A stretch of 64,000 nucleotides of DNA from Rickettsiales bacterium. GTDB lineage: Bacteria > Pseudomonadota > Alphaproteobacteria > Rickettsiales > SXRF01. The translations under genes and the position numbers were made by a program. The notes below the pieces were generated by a model that saw nothing but the letters and a program-made list of their open reading frames with translations, did no database searches and was not told the origin of the DNA. The stretch is from positions 5,908 to 69,907 of the forward strand of contig CAXRIF010000002.1 in the NCBI GenBank assembly GCA_964231325.1. Direction: 5' to 3'. Shown here piece after piece: positions 53,093 to 61,046 of the stretch. Position 1 is the stretch's first letter. Each line of letters begins with the position of its first letter.

Positions 53093-53914
53093 ATGGCGAG
53101 TACTATGGAGACAAAACTAGATAGAATAGAAACTGTAAGAGATGTGCTGGTCAGTGTGCGAGATGAAGAACGTATGCAGGCGCAAGACGCTATCGACCAA
53201 TACCATAATAAAGAGATCGCGACTAAATCACGCGCCTACAAATATGCGACAAGAGCTGTTGCCGCAGATTTCCTACTGCGCACCCTTGATAAAGACGGGC
53301 TGGAAGGCATGAACAAAGCACTTGATGCGGTAGCGTCATGGAAAAGCAAAGCGGATTACCCATCTCCCATCACGGAGATCCTTGGATCACCCGACCAAAG
53401 AGTAAAATTCATTCTTCCAGACAATATCAAGGCACATTTTGATGCGGCACTTAATGATGCTGCTAATGTTTATGCTGCCTTGCCATCCACTTCAGGTAGA
53501 CAACTATTAGGAACAGACGACCGGCACATTACGAATCTTGATGAACACAATAATGAACTGATAGGAAGACGTAAATTCATCAAAATAGCTGCAGCAAGCT
53601 CTGCTGCAACTGCCCTCGGTTTAGCCGGGTTAAGCACTACTGACCATGCCTATCAAAAAACCACAAGAACCAATACAGATGACAAGTCTAGTCAACCCAA
53701 TGCACTACAAGAGAAGCGCCAGTCAAATGCGCTTGGTAAAACAGAACAAGCCATTGCCGCTGCCTTAGGAAGTAGCGCTGCTATCACAGGTATTAGTCTG
53801 GCAGTCACTCATAGCAGCGCAAAAGAGTTACGCAAAACCGTTCCGCAGATTGTCAACGCGGTGGCAGATGTCGCTTTCTACAACTCCGAAATTGAGCATG
53901 GCTATTTCCGCTAG
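53093..53914 (+). CDS. Orphan protein downstream of virD4, candidate effector
   Basis: 273-aa ORF, two small-residue hydrophobic segments, no N-terminal signal peptide. Confidence 0.75.
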   Translation: MASTMETKLDRIETVRDVLVSVRDEERMQAQDAIDQYHNKEIATKSRAYKYATRAVAADFLLRTLDKDGLEGMNKALDAVASWKSKADYPSPITEILGSPDQRVKFILPDNIKAHFDAALNDAANVYAALPSTSGRQLLGTDDRHITNLDEHNNELIGRRKFIKIAAASSAATALGLAGLSTTDHAYQKTTRTNTDDKSSQPNALQEKRQSNALGKTEQAIAAALGSSAAITGISLAVTHSSAKELRKTVPQIVNAVADVAFYNSEIEHGYFR

Positions 53915-53929
53915 CATTAACATGAAAGC

Positions 53930-54721
53930 CTAGCTTGCCGCGATCAGCCCTTGTTCGGGTGAGCTGGCAGACGCATAGGATTTTGCCTGCATGCGCCCGG
54001 CGAGATAGGCCTGGCGCCCTGCGATTACTGCGTGCTTCATCGCCTCTGCCATCAGCACGGGGTTATTCGCTTCAGCCAGCGCCGTGTTCATCAGCACGCC
54101 GTCGCATCCCAGCTCCATCGCAAGCGTTGCATCGCTCGCGGTTCCTACTCCGGCATCCACCAGCACCGGCACTTTCGATTGCTGCACGATCATACGGATA
54201 TTAAGCGGGTTTTGAATACCCAGTCCGGAACCAATCGGAGCACCTAGTGGCATGATCGCCACGCAGCCAATTTCTTCTAATTTGCGCGCCACAATCGGAT
54301 CGTCATTCGTGTAGGCCATCACGTCAAAACCATCGGCCACCAGCTGTTTTGCTGCTTCAAGTGTTTGCTCAACATCTGGGTATAATGTTTTGTAATCACT
54401 GGTTTCTTTGGCAAGCACCTCGAGCTTCACCAGGTTCCATCCCCCCAGTTCTTTAGCGAGCCTAAGCGTACGCACCGCGTCTTCTGTGGTGTAGCATCCG
54501 GCGGTGTTTGGCAGGTAAGTATAGTGGTCAGGTGGCAGCACATCCTGCAAGCTGCCCTCTCCTTTTTGTGCGAGGTCGATGCGGCGAATTGCCACGGTAA
54601 CAATCTCTGCCCCACTAGCTTCAATCGCGGCTTTGGTTTCCGCCATGTCTTTATATTTGCCAGTCCCGACCAGCAAACGTGAATTGAACGTTTTTCCCGC
54701 TACGGTAAATGTATCCTGCAT
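53930..54721 (-). CDS. thiG: Thiazole synthase
   Basis: [26 protein letters not shown]; ATG 54721. Confidence 0.98.
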   Translation of the reverse strand: MQDTFTVAGKTFNSRLLVGTGKYKDMAETKAAIEASGAEIVTVAIRRIDLAQKGEGSLQDVLPPDHYTYLPNTAGCYTTEDAVRTLRLAKELGGWNLVKLEVLAKETSDYKTLYPDVEQTLEAAKQLVADGFDVMAYTNDDPIVARKLEEIGCVAIMPLGAPIGSGLGIQNPLNIRMIVQQSKVPVLVDAGVGTASDATLAMELGCDGVLMNTALAEANNPVLMAEAMKHAVIAGRQAYLAGRMQAKSYASASSPEQGLIAAS

Positions 54722-54722
54722 C

Positions 54723-54923
54723 TCAACCACCCCCAATAAATCTGACTATTTCGATCTCGTCTTCATCACTCAGCACCACCTCGTCCCAGCGTGAGCGCGG
54801 CACAATCTCGCGGTTACGCTCAATTGCAATCTGCGTTTCATTCAGCGCAAGCACCTCGGCAAGCGCTTTTACGCTGCTATTTTCGGGTAGCTCCCGTGTT
54901 TCGCCATTCACTTTGATTTGCAT
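54723..54923 (-). CDS. thiS: Sulfur carrier ThiS
   Basis: 66 aa ending FIGGG, upstream of thiG. Confidence 0.96.
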   Translation of the reverse strand: MQIKVNGETRELPENSSVKALAEVLALNETQIAIERNREIVPRSRWDEVVLSDEDEIEIVRFIGGG

Positions 54924-54968
54924 AACAACATGCTCTATAATGCGCGTAATTCAACAAGGACAATGATT

Positions 54969-55409
54969 ATGACTGCTAGAATACTCCTCGTCAATGGGCC
55001 AAACCTCAACAAGCTGGGCGAGCGTGAGCCAGAAATTTATGGCCATGAAACACTGGCTGATATTGAGGAACAATGCGCTAAAACGGCTGCTGAGCTTGGG
55101 CTTGAGCTAGATTGCGTGCAATCCAACCATGAGGGTGAGATTGTCGATTACATTCAAAACGCAGGTAAAACCCATCAAGGGCTGTTGATTAATGCGGGCG
55201 CATATACCCACACATCGGTCGCCATTATGGATGCGCTGCTTACCATCACCATCCCGGTGATCGAGGTACATATCTCCAACCCGTCACGCCGCGAAGAGTT
55301 TCGCCACACCTCCTATATCAGCAAAGCCGCCACTGGCGTCATCGCCGGGTTTGGCTCTAACAGCTACCAGTTGGCACTTTCCGCCATCGCAAAACTGCTT
55401 ACAAAATGA
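54969..55409 (+). CDS. aroQ: Type II 3-dehydroquinate dehydratase
   Basis: NGPNLNKLGEREPEIYG, QSNHEG, EVHISN. Confidence 0.97.
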   Translation: MTARILLVNGPNLNKLGEREPEIYGHETLADIEEQCAKTAAELGLELDCVQSNHEGEIVDYIQNAGKTHQGLLINAGAYTHTSVAIMDALLTITIPVIEVHISNPSRREEFRHTSYISKAATGVIAGFGSNSYQLALSAIAKLLTK

Positions 55410-56107
55410 CACCGCTATGTATCGCACATCGTGGTGCATCGGGAAACTTTCCTGAAAACACCATGATCGCTTTTCATCAGGCTATCGCACTTGGGGCTAA
55501 TGCGATCGAACTGGATGTGCATGTTTGTAAATCCGGCGAAGTAGTGGTCATACATGATGACACTCTGGAGCGCACCACCAATCTGACTGGGCGTGTGGAT
55601 GCGCACAGCTTTGTGGAGTTGAGCGCAGCAAGCGTTCCCTCACTTGCAGAAGTGCTTGATACATTTGCTACAAGCACCACCATTTTCATCGAATTAAAAT
55701 GTGAAACTGCGGCTGCGCCCGTTGCCAGTCTGGTAACGCATTATGCCGCACGTGGTGTTCCTTACGCACATATGCCGGTGATTGGATCACATCCCGACTG
55801 GTTGCTCACCGCAAAAGCAATGGACACCAACATCATTATTGGCACCACCCCGCCTCACGATCGGCCGATCGAAGAAGGGTTTTGCGAGCGTGCAAAGCAG
55901 GATGGTTTTGCTTCGGTGAATCCCTGCTTCAGCCAGCTCACCTCACAACTGGTGCAAGAGGCACATGTGCATGGGCTTGCGATTTATACATGGACACTCA
56001 ACGAGCCTTCCGACATTGAACAGGCGAAAAGACTTGGTGTGGATGGCATCATTAGCGACTATCCAGAAAGAGTACATGGAGAAGCTGACACCCCAATTGT
56101 TGCTTAA
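55406..56107 (+). CDS. Glycerophosphodiester phosphodiesterase
   Basis: IAHRGASG..PENT, IELDV, HD, GIISDYP. Confidence 0.93.
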   Translation: MTPLCIAHRGASGNFPENTMIAFHQAIALGANAIELDVHVCKSGEVVVIHDDTLERTTNLTGRVDAHSFVELSAASVPSLAEVLDTFATSTTIFIELKCETAAAPVASLVTHYAARGVPYAHMPVIGSHPDWLLTAKAMDTNIIIGTTPPHDRPIEEGFCERAKQDGFASVNPCFSQLTSQLVQEAHVHGLAIYTWTLNEPSDIEQAKRLGVDGIISDYPERVHGEADTPIVA

Positions 56108-56738
56108 CGCCTATGCGAACGGCTACTTCCCCATGGCAGAGGATCGCGATGCGGATGAGCTGCATTGGTTTCATCCCGAAGAACGCGGAGTCATTCCGCT
56201 GGATGCATTTCACATTCCAAAGAGTCTCGCCAAATTTTTAAAACATAATCCGTTTAGCTATTCGACCAACCGTGCGTTTCGTGATGTCATGCTTGGCTGC
56301 GCAGAGCGCGATAGCACCTGGATCAATGACACGATCATCGACCTCTATTGCGAGCTACACGAGATAGGACATGCGCATAGTGTAGAAGTATGGGCTAATT
56401 CGTCATTGCGAGCAAAGCGAAGCAATCCAGAACTGGATCGCCGCGTCGCTAATGCTCCTCGCGATGACGAGGTCTTAGTTGGCGGCCTTTACGGTGTATC
56501 ACTCGGCGGCGCATTTTTTGGCGAGAGCATGTTCTCGCGCACCACCAATGCCAGCAAGGCTGCGCTTGTACATCTGGTTACACTGATGAACGATGCGGGT
56601 TATGTGTTGCTCGATACACAATATGTCAACGACCACCTCAAACAATTCGGCATCATCGAAATCCCGCGTGGTGAATATTTGAAACGGCTGGAGGCAGCCC
56701 TTCAGATCAAACCACAAAACCCTTTTTCATTAGACTGA
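56076..56738 (+). CDS. aat: Leu/Phe-tRNA--protein transferase with in-frame repeat insertion
   Basis: AYANGYFPM, HSVEVW...LVGGLYG, FFGESMFS, ASKAAL; ATG 56076. Confidence 0.95.
   Translation: MEKLTPQLLLNAYANGYFPMAEDRDADELHWFHPEERGVIPLDAFHIPKSLAKFLKHNPFSYSTNRAFRDVMLGCAERDSTWINDTIIDLYCELHEIGHAHSVEVWANSSLRAKRSNPELDRRVANAPRDDEVLVGGLYGVSLGGAFFGESMFSRTTNASKAALVHLVTLMNDAGYVLLDTQYVNDHLKQFGIIEIPRGEYLKRLEAALQIKPQNPFSLD
56400..56470 (+). repeat. GTCATTGCGAG-type palindromic element inside aat
   Basis: TCGTCATTGCGAG...ATCCAG-AA-CTGGAT...CTCGCGATGACGA. Confidence 0.9.
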
Positions 56739-56779
56739 GGTGAGCAATAAAGTGTCTCTACAATTATACTGGAACTATA

Positions 56780-56903
56780 AATTCTCATTAGATTGAGCTA
56801 AATGCGAAGCTTGGTTTGAGCATCGCATCGCAAGCGTACACAAAGTACGCGCGCAGGGAAGCGCAGGACAAAGCAAGTAAGTTAGCCAATATAATGAGAA
56901 TTA
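56780..56903 (+). repeat. RPE-like palindromic element, copy G
   Basis: Arms AATTCTCATTAGATTGAGCTAA / TTAGCCAATATAATGAGAATT; core GCGTAC-N5-GTACGC..GGAAGCGCAG; overlaps yqgE stop. Confidence 0.85.
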
Positions 56904-57488
56904 GGCGTGTCCGACTTGGGAAGAAAAGTGCCCCATGTCGAAACCTAACGATGCGATCGCCACATTCCACTTCGCATCATTTTCTGTATCGAACACGAGT
57001 TTACGGCTGGCGGGAATGGTGATCCAGCTACCGGTTTCGATTTCTGATTCCAGTTGGCCGGGAGACCAGCCTGCATAACCGAGCATGAGCAGCCCTTTGC
57101 GTGGCCCTGCCCCTTCAGCAATTTTTTGTAGAATATTCATACTGGCACTCACCACAATACCATCTTGCGAGAAGATCGCTTCTTGTGGTGCATGGTCGGA
57201 GCTATGAATCACAAAACCCCGATATGATTCTACCGGCCCACCAAAATGGATCGGCACATCCGGCATAGACACATCACTTTCAATATTGAGCTGTTCCAAT
57301 ATTTCTTCCAGCTGCACGGTTGCCACCGGGTAGTTGATAATCACCCCCATGGCACCTTCTTTATTATGTGCACACATATAGATCACGGAACGGTCAAAAC
57401 ATGAGCCCTGCACTTGTGGCGTGGCGATCAATAATTGTCCCGCCAACGACGATTCAGGGTTCGGTGTTTTTAATAACTTGTCATCCAT
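56901..57488 (-). CDS. YqgE/AlgH-family protein
   Basis: LLIATP, GAMGVIIN, GGPVE, GYAGWSPGQLESE, GHA. Confidence 0.95.
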   Translation of the reverse strand: MDDKLLKTPNPESSLAGQLLIATPQVQGSCFDRSVIYMCAHNKEGAMGVIINYPVATVQLEEILEQLNIESDVSMPDVPIHFGGPVESYRGFVIHSSDHAPQEAIFSQDGIVVSASMNILQKIAEGAGPRKGLLMLGYAGWSPGQLESEIETGSWITIPASRKLVFDTENDAKWNVAIASLGFDMGHFSSQVGHA

Positions 57489-57528
57489 GGTTACATTCTA
57501 CTCCTTTTTACAGTGCGCACCTAGCTTT

Positions 57529-58380
57529 TTATTTTTGCTGTGCAGAGGCCGCAGCCACCTTGTACCATGCAGGAAGCTGCACCGTTATCACATCATCACT
57601 AATACGAAGTGGCATACCACTATCGCGCGATTTTTCGACCTCTTCAATACGCAGCAACGCCATGCCGATATCACTCTGGCTGGAGCGCAGCTCACCTATT
57701 TTTGTCTCACCGCAAAACACCTCTTCACCAGCTTGCGGTAACGTGCTTCCGGTTTCTGTTTTCACCTGATAGGGTGCTTTTTTCACATGGCCTCGATAAT
57801 GCGTACGCGCCGTTACTTCCTGCCCTACATAACACCCCTTCTCGTAATCCACGCCGCCAAGCTGGTCGAAGCCCCATTCCAGTAGAAAGGATTTTTCCGG
57901 GATCAAATCATTGCCATCTGGCACGCCATGCGTAAGTCGCAGGTGATGATACTCCGCTTCTGTCGCCGTAGCTTCTGGCAAATTTGCCTCGCTGCCATAA
58001 AACCGCATTCCCAATTCTGGCAATCGCATATCAGAAATAACAACTGCACCACCAACTGGCGCACTACCATTCCACGCGGCCATCACCTGCATATCATCCA
58101 AGACAGTGATTTCTACTTTTGAGCGCAAGCGATACATTGTCAGCCGTTTGCACAAATCTTCCACACGCTGTTTGTCGCAATCCAGAAGAATACGCTCACC
58201 ATGCGGCACAATAAACATCTCATGCAGGAATTTGCCTTGCGGAGTGAGCAGCGCGGCGTAGACAGCATCGCCTTTTTCTACATGCGCCATATTGCCCGTC
58301 ACCAGACCCTGCAAAAAGCTAAAACGGTCTTCACCAGAAATAGAAATCATCCCGCGGGATATTAGTAATGCTGTCTTCAT
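57529..58380 (-). CDS. ygfZ: Folate-binding Fe-S repair protein YgfZ
   Basis: FLQGLVT, LTPQGK, KGCYVGQE. Confidence 0.95.
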   Translation of the reverse strand: MKTALLISRGMISISGEDRFSFLQGLVTGNMAHVEKGDAVYAALLTPQGKFLHEMFIVPHGERILLDCDKQRVEDLCKRLTMYRLRSKVEITVLDDMQVMAAWNGSAPVGGAVVISDMRLPELGMRFYGSEANLPEATATEAEYHHLRLTHGVPDGNDLIPEKSFLLEWGFDQLGGVDYEKGCYVGQEVTARTHYRGHVKKAPYQVKTETGSTLPQAGEEVFCGETKIGELRSSQSDIGMALLRIEEVEKSRDSGMPLRISDDVITVQLPAWYKVAAASAQQK

Positions 58381-58550
58381 ACGTTACATATAGTGCGCAA
58401 GCTACGAATATAAAGAGACAAATAGCACTTAGATAAAATTAGTCATAAATACTATTAACCTTATATTTTTTATAGATAATACTTCAAACTACCCAGTATG
58501 AATGCTATACTGGTGCTGCGCCCTACCTACTGGAATACATAGCAGCACCG

Positions 58551-59474
58551 ATGCATAAGCACGTAACACATGCTCACTCACCCCACGAGATAGGGCACGC
58601 AAACAAACGCGACTCCAGCACCTCACACGGCACTGGCTGGAAGGTTGCTTATGCCGATTTTGTTACGGCAATGATGGCGTTCTTTTTGTTGCTATGGCTA
58701 TATTCAACCATGGATACCGCACAGAAGAATAATATTGCGGATTATTTCACTCCAACAGAGGCAACCACACCAGGAGGCGCCGTCCTTGGCGCCACCAGAG
58801 GTGGCCAAAAACTGCAAGCAAAGCAAGGAGAAAATCAATCAGATCTAGGCAGGGATGGCATTGTAAAGGCACAGCTCAGTCAGGGGAGTATTTCCGTCTC
58901 ACCAACACAAACTACTCACGAAGACGAAAAAGCACTAGACGTTTCTTTGGGAAAGACGGCTTTGGGGAATTTAAGTAAGCACGCCGGAGTTGATGAGGTG
59001 TTCATGGCGATATCTGAGGCATTCCAACAGATACGCGAAAATAACACTATCAATATTCCGAACAATAACGTCATGCTGGATAAAGTACGTAATACCATAC
59101 GCATTACGATTATTAGTTCCCGTGAAAACCCAGTATTCGATCCTTACAGAAATACACTTACCGCGCTTGGCAAAAAACAACTCGCCAGTTTTTCCCGTAT
59201 CATTGCTATTACAAAACGTAACGTCACCATAGGGAGTCACACCGCAACGTTTAAGAGTTTAATTAACCAAGACTATACCGGATGGGAAATATCAGCTGAT
59301 CGCGCAAAACTGCTAAGGCAACAACTGCACGAACACGGCGTGAGCAGCAATTGCATTCTGGAAATAGCCAACCATGCCGACCGAAAACCATTAGTTCCCA
59401 GCGAGCCCGCCAACCCACGCAACAATCGCCTTACCATTACCCTGCAAAACAGCATCTGTGATATGGACGAGTGA
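58551..59474 (+). CDS. MotB-like stator protein
   Basis: WKVAYADFVTAMMAFFLLLWL; OmpA-like WEISADRA...NPRNNR. Confidence 0.85.
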   Translation: MHKHVTHAHSPHEIGHANKRDSSTSHGTGWKVAYADFVTAMMAFFLLLWLYSTMDTAQKNNIADYFTPTEATTPGGAVLGATRGGQKLQAKQGENQSDLGRDGIVKAQLSQGSISVSPTQTTHEDEKALDVSLGKTALGNLSKHAGVDEVFMAISEAFQQIRENNTINIPNNNVMLDKVRNTIRITIISSRENPVFDPYRNTLTALGKKQLASFSRIIAITKRNVTIGSHTATFKSLINQDYTGWEISADRAKLLRQQLHEHGVSSNCILEIANHADRKPLVPSEPANPRNNRLTITLQNSICDMDE

Positions 59475-59543
59475 TATACACATCATAGCGCGCCATCCTA
59501 AGCACTGCAGGCACTCATTATTGGTTATTTTACGATGTTATAT

Positions 59544-60443
59544 TTATCTGGTTATATCAGATTTGGTGCGCGGACGATCAGCCCATGAACCACCCTGCTG
59601 GCCACCAACATGATCCACCATTCTTTCTGTCGGGCCTGCTGGCATATCCGGTTGGGCTGCTACAGCGGCTCTACTGCCAGCTAACCCAAGCATAGCAGTA
59701 AGCGCTATAATTGCCGGAGCATTAACGCCTCCGCCGTGGCCACCTTTTCTGTCGTCAGCACCTTTGCTGTCTTTTTGGTCAATAAGTTGCTGAGCTTCTT
59801 TTGACGACATCGTGCCCGAAAGCCTGTGTCCTCCTAACGCTTCGCCTACCAATTCAAATGCAGCATTAGCCGAAGCGACCGTCTCTTCTTTATTTATGGC
59901 ACCAGCATCAAGTTGTGCTTCGGCAAAGCCTCCAAACTGTCCCATAAACTTTGCCCTAACGTCATTACCATAAGGCTTAAACCCATGGGCTTCCTGTTTA
60001 ATAGGTGGCCAGTCATACGTAGCCCCAACTTGCTGCGAAATCACTGATCCGCCCATAGCAGAACCAATCAATGTATATGCAGCACCTATCTTTTTAGAAA
60101 GCGTATCCAGTGTTGGTACTTCATGGTCTTGAATGTCATTTATTTCTGCCTGTGATACACCCATGGTTTTCAGGTCTGCTTCAAGATGTTTGGTATGATT
60201 TAATAATGAACCTATTGCACCTTGCGTAGCAGGATCTGCCCCTTCCAAAATAGCCTTCTCAAGCGGGCGAACAAACGCCAAGCTTTGCTTTAATATCTCG
60301 ATGTAATCATCACGTGCTTCTACTGTGTCAACAGTACCAGCTCTAAGTGCGTTCCAAGGGGACGCATCTTCCACTGCATTATGTTGTGCTTGCGTGCCAT
60401 TGCGTAGTGCCATGAGAATTCCGTCTGGATTTGGACGAGACAT
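59544..60443 (-). CDS. Heme-oxygenase-like protein with C-terminal extension
   Basis: LRNGTQAQH proximal His, LEADL, AYTLIGSAMGG distal helix, ASANAAF; start set at ATG 60443. Confidence 0.7.
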   Translation of the reverse strand: MSRPNPDGILMALRNGTQAQHNAVEDASPWNALRAGTVDTVEARDDYIEILKQSLAFVRPLEKAILEGADPATQGAIGSLLNHTKHLEADLKTMGVSQAEINDIQDHEVPTLDTLSKKIGAAYTLIGSAMGGSVISQQVGATYDWPPIKQEAHGFKPYGNDVRAKFMGQFGGFAEAQLDAGAINKEETVASANAAFELVGEALGGHRLSGTMSSKEAQQLIDQKDSKGADDRKGGHGGGVNAPAIIALTAMLGLAGSRAAVAAQPDMPAGPTERMVDHVGGQQGGSWADRPRTKSDITR

Positions 60444-60490
60444 ATACTTTATTCCTATATAAAAATTAACGGATTCAGCTGGTATACACG

Positions 60491-60934
60491 CTACTTCCAA
60501 CTTTGGCAATGAACAGGGCGAGGCCTCTTCACATCTGCATTATCTTCCAAGGGAAAATAATAACGATAGAGACAATACGCAGTTTCGTTGAGCAGGCAAT
60601 TATCCTGCAAATCCGGCCGCATCATACGTAGCGCCTGCAACATACCACAGCTTATCTGATGAATAATAGATGCGCGGTACCATGGGTCCTCTTTTTGCAG
60701 GCTCTCAAGATCAAAGTGAAAATAGGCCAAAATATCCATAGCTTTGCTGGATAAGGTACGTAACTCTTCCAGGCTCAAAGCCCCTTCACTCACCAGCTCT
60801 TCCAGCTCTGTGATTAGCTGACAGGCGATTTGCTCATGGCTATGTGTCGAGTTTTTTATGAAGTTTTTAAGACGATACAAGAATGCATTATCGTAAGATA
60901 TCATACAAAAATGAATAATTTCAGCCTGTTGCAT
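60491..60934 (-). CDS. Hypothetical helical protein, first gene of Fur-box operon
   Basis: ORF with GAGGG SD before ATG 60934; no family recognised. Confidence 0.6.
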   Translation of the reverse strand: MQQAEIIHFCMISYDNAFLYRLKNFIKNSTHSHEQIACQLITELEELVSEGALSLEELRTLSSKAMDILAYFHFDLESLQKEDPWYRASIIHQISCGMLQALRMMRPDLQDNCLLNETAYCLYRYYFPLEDNADVKRPRPVHCQSWK

Positions 60935-60964
60935 TAGATTCCCTCTCAATTCACCAATAGTTAT

Positions 60965-61000
60965 TGAGAATGATTATCAGTTGCATCTATTGCCTGTCAA
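60965..61000 (-). promoter_or_regulatory. sigma70 promoter overlapped by a Fur box
   Basis: Minus strand TTGACA-N16-GATAAT; TGATAAT-C-ATTCTCA (14/15 to the 7-1-7 Fur box) covers the -10. Confidence 0.75.
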
Positions 61001-61046
61001 TGTATAAAATGGTTTAATATCTACTGTATTTAACAATGGGCCTAAC

